Shown here piece by piece: positions 22,019 through 25,256 of a DNA stretch of 25,256 nucleotides. The notes under the pieces were generated by a model, which made no database searches, was not told the DNA's origin, and saw only the letters and a program-made list of their open reading frames with translations. This stretch comes from Salpingoeca rosetta. Lineage: Eukaryota; Protista; Choanoflagellata. Location: NCBI GenBank assembly GCA_033442325.1, contig JAWQFM010000029.1, forward strand, positions 557,332 to 582,587. The letters are read 5' to 3'. A program made the translations under genes and the position numbers. Numbering within the stretch: position 1 is the first letter of the stretch; each line of letters opens with the position of its first letter.

Positions 22019-22215
22019 CACACACACACACACAACACGACACGGCACGCCATTGTCAACAGGTGCTTGGTGTGGAGCTGTACGACCACACAGAGGACGA
22101 CACTGTGGAGAATGTCGCCGAAAGCGTCAACCTGGCCGGCACCATGCCTGACGTTGAGCAGCATCTTAGCCGCATCCTACACAACGGCTGGCGACACTCG
22201 CTGCCGTCAAAGTAG
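17402..22215 (+). CDS. IDS: Iduronate-2-sulfatase-like sulfatase (5'-incomplete, one frameshift at about 21762)
   Basis: Exons 17402-17454, 17604-17765, 18080-18198, 18433-18478, 18763-18817, 19079-19199, 19405-19531, 19904-20026, 20326-20415, 20820-20955, 21360-21402, 21675-21850, 22063-22215. Motifs: formylglycine signature AICCPSRSSFLTGRRPDTT, GNFTTLPEVFKESGY, GKVFHPG, PFFVAVGFRRPH, GDHGWHLG, LVEFVDIMPT, ELYD. Confidence 0.88.
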
Positions 22216-22889
22216 CTGTGGTTGCTGTCGGTGTTGTTGCTGCTGTAGTTGTCCCAACACATCTGTGTTTGTGGCTTGCACGTACTGCGGATGATGGTTG
22301 TTTGCTTATGCCGCTGTCTGGGTGTGTGTGCAGGCGTGCACCTATTATCCCGCTTCTTGTTAAGTGAAGTTTCTTTGCGGGTCATCGTTGATCATTCTCA
22401 AATACACATGCATGGGCAACGGTCGATCAACAACATGTCCCCATCAACACGCAAGGTTAGGAAAGAGAGCGAGGGGGGATTCTGTCGTGTGGTGAAGCAT
22501 GGCGATACAGCGCACGCCCACATGCACACAGCCCCAAAACATAACACAGAAAGAAGCAAAGACGAAAGCAAAGAAAGCAATTGAACCAAAGATGTCGCAG
22601 TCACGTGCTGAAGAGGTAAGGAGGGACACTCGAAGTCAGCCTGTCACGTGCCATTTCACGCGGAGGCAAGCAACCAAATGACGCAAAACGAAAGCATGAC
22701 ACACACATACACACACATACACACACATACACACTCATACACACATTGCGCGAGCACACGCGGACAGTTGACATTCGTAAACAACTAGAATGGTGTGAAA
22801 CACTCAAGGACATCAGGAGCATGCAAGGCGAAATCAAAATACATCTCCATACCACGGGCACAACGTGCTTGAGTACATAAACACCACAA

Positions 22890-23579
22890 TCACTGGCTGA
22901 GCGTGGCCATGAAGTCGTCTTCATTAAATCCAAGCTCGCCAATGTCGGCATACTCGTCCTCCTCTTCGCCAAACATAAACGCGCCATCCTCTCCAATTTC
23001 CATGTACGTCTCGCTCGTGTTCCCATCCGCAACTTCCATGTACGCCTCGTCGCGAGCTTCGTTGGGGTCACACGTCATGTACTCTTCTTGGACGGGGCCG
23101 TTGGCATCGCCGAATTCGAAGTTGGGGTTGAAGCCGGGAAGCGTCGATCGCAAAGCGCTGGCATCAGCGTACATGGCATTAGCCTCGGGTGCACGCTCAG
23201 CCTCCTCGCCGAGGTACAGCGGGTTGTGCACAACGCAGCCCTTTGAGCGAAAGACTGAAGGTTCATCGTACAGGTCATTGTCATCATAGTCTGCATCAGT
23301 CGTATCTTGGTAGAACGCCGTGTTGACAGAAGCAATGTCGCGAGGCCTGTCGTATGCCGGGTTCGTGAACGCCACCGTCTGTCGCTCCTTGGCTGCCTTG
23401 TGCGCCGCTGGGGGCGACACCCCGCGCCGCCGCCGCCCAATCACCGCAAGCACAACAGCAGCAATCAGCACCACGCCGCCCACAATCGCAACAGCAATCT
23501 GCCACGCAGCGGTCCCACTGTTCACACACACAAACACACACACACACATAATTTAACAACACAGTTTGCAAGAATGGAC

Positions 23580-23641
<62 letters not shown>

Positions 23642-25132
23642 ACACACCACCATACCAGCAGCAGTACATCGTGTGAGTGGAGCGTGTGTCAGCAGCAGCA
23701 ACAAACAGCAATTGACCAAAGCAGGTCAGACGCAAGCTAGCATACTGCATGGCACGGCAGTCGGAGCAGCGCTGCACCGGTGTGCGCGCACAATATACGG
23801 AGGCAACACAACCAAGCAACCAACCAACCACCCAAGCAAGCAGGCAACAAGCCATATCAACAAGCAATGGCGAGTGCTAGAACAACTTCAGCCAGTCAGT
23901 CATGGGTACACAAACTCACGCTGCCGACGACTTGGACGTCTGCTTGTTGCCAGGCCCGATGGTCGTGACCGTCGCGTTGGTGCCGGTGGTGGTTGTGGTG
24001 GTTGTGGTTGTTGTTGTGGTGGTGGTGCTGGTGTATGGCGTCTCAATGGTCACCGCAGGCACGCGGCGGCCCAGAACAATCGCCTCCACCTCCCCGCGCC
24101 GCACAAGCCGCAGCAGCGCCTCAATTGCATCCTCAAGCGCCAGCTGCGCATTCAGCGACACTGCAGCAGCAAAACAGCAGCCATGCAAACCAAACGCGGT
24201 GAGGTACGGCCCAGCACAACAGTTGTCAAGAGTCACACACACAGAGTCAGCCTCAGCGTCAGTGCAAGACAGGCAACGTCGTTGCAAGCGCATCCGTCAT
24301 TGTCCCAAGCAAAGCAAGTGCTTCTCCGCGCAATCACATCACACACACACACACGTGTGACCGACCATACACATGCCTGCATGCAAGTGCAAGCAGTACA
24401 CGCACACGCACACACAAATACAAGCGAAGTGCACAACACACAAATGCACACGCACGTGCGCGCAAACATTCACATGCACACGAATATACCAACCTGGACC
24501 AACAATGGTGCCGTTGACAACATCTGGCTGCGCATCCAAGACTGCAACATGGTCGCCGCTCAGCCGCGTCACAACAACGGCACGGACCTGGTCTCCGTTC
24601 ACCTCAACCTCAATCGTCGGCACACGTGCAGCATCCAGCGCCGAAAGCGCCAGCGCCTCGGCATCCGTCGCGTTGACAACCTGGAACCGAAGCTCGTACC
24701 GGTCATCCGGCACATCAAAGTCCGCGCCAGGGCTCCCAGCAATCACAGCAGGGTCGCTCACCCCATCAAACCCAACCGTCACAGACACCTGCGTGTGCAT
24801 GTGGGTGGTTCGGGTGTTGGTGATGATGAGGTAGGTATGTGGTGTATGTTTGTTGTGCATGAGCTGTGGATGAAAGCGAGTCAGCACGTGCATCAGCGCA
24901 CATGCATGTGTGTTGCTGCCAGTAGACATGCACCACAACAACACGAGCTGACAGTGCACATCCCACATCAAACATCAACACCCATACCCAAACACACCCA
25001 CGCGCACATTGCTCTGTGCCAGTCACACACCCTCCCCTTCCTCTTCCAGCATGCCGACCTGTGATGAACGACGCAGGCTCGGGTCATCCACGCTAAACGT
25101 CACCCGGTCCACCGGGTACGGCAGCAGACCAC
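22890..25132 (-). CDS. 3' end of a single-pass receptor-like paralog of gene 1 (Thr stalk, TM helix, Tyr-motif cytoplasmic tail); 5' part lies outside the window
   Basis: Phase-consistent exons 25132-25059, 24788-24494, 24160-23920, 23517-22890. TM segment AAWQIAVAIVGGVVLIAAVVLAVIG followed by an RRRR stop-transfer; acidic tail with NPAY, NPLY and YDEP. Confidence 0.9.
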
Positions 25133-25256
25133 CTGTCAACCAGCACACACGCAGCAGCACCAACATGGCACAGTGTTCCACGTGAGTATCATTGCTGCAG
25201 GCAACGGCACAGCAGTACAATACACACACAACGACGAGTGCAGACAACACACACAG
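23348..25256 (-). repeat. Inverted segmental repeat, right copy (extends beyond the window; contains 634 bp, 23408-24041, absent from the left copy)
   Basis: Direct reverse-complement comparison with 12885-14160. Confidence 0.95.

Overview
Intron-rich eukaryotic DNA with GT-AG introns full of (CA)n/(TG)n microsatellites. The style and the Tyr-motif receptor tails suggest a choanoflagellate such as Salpingoeca rosetta (inference, not verified). Splicing by hand with phase checks gives four genes. (1) A giant + strand secretory gene (ATG 723): signal peptide, NO66/ycfD-type JmjC 2OG-Fe(II) oxygenase with intact HxD...H triad, RVRR furin-type site, about 67 Cys-centred units of mostly four residues with Asp/Asn after most Cys, TNFR/GCC2-like Cys modules, 6 sushi domains, a Myxococcus-type Cys repeat, alternating HYR-like repeats, 2 DUF5011-like domains and a Thr stalk. 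Its 3' part is disrupted by two frameshifts and a 634-bp deletion removing the TM helix. (2) A DNAJC30-like J-protein (15514-17104). (3) An iduronate-2-sulfatase-like gene lacking its 5' end and carrying one frameshift (17402-22215). (4) The 3' end of a - strand paralog of gene 1 with intact TM and Tyr-rich tail; it forms a near-identical inverted repeat with gene 1. The best candidate for a new system is a secreted hydroxylase fused, through a cleavable site, to a repetitive Asp/Asn-Cys array that could be its own substrate, within an inverted receptor pair whose C-termini could be swapped by inversion.
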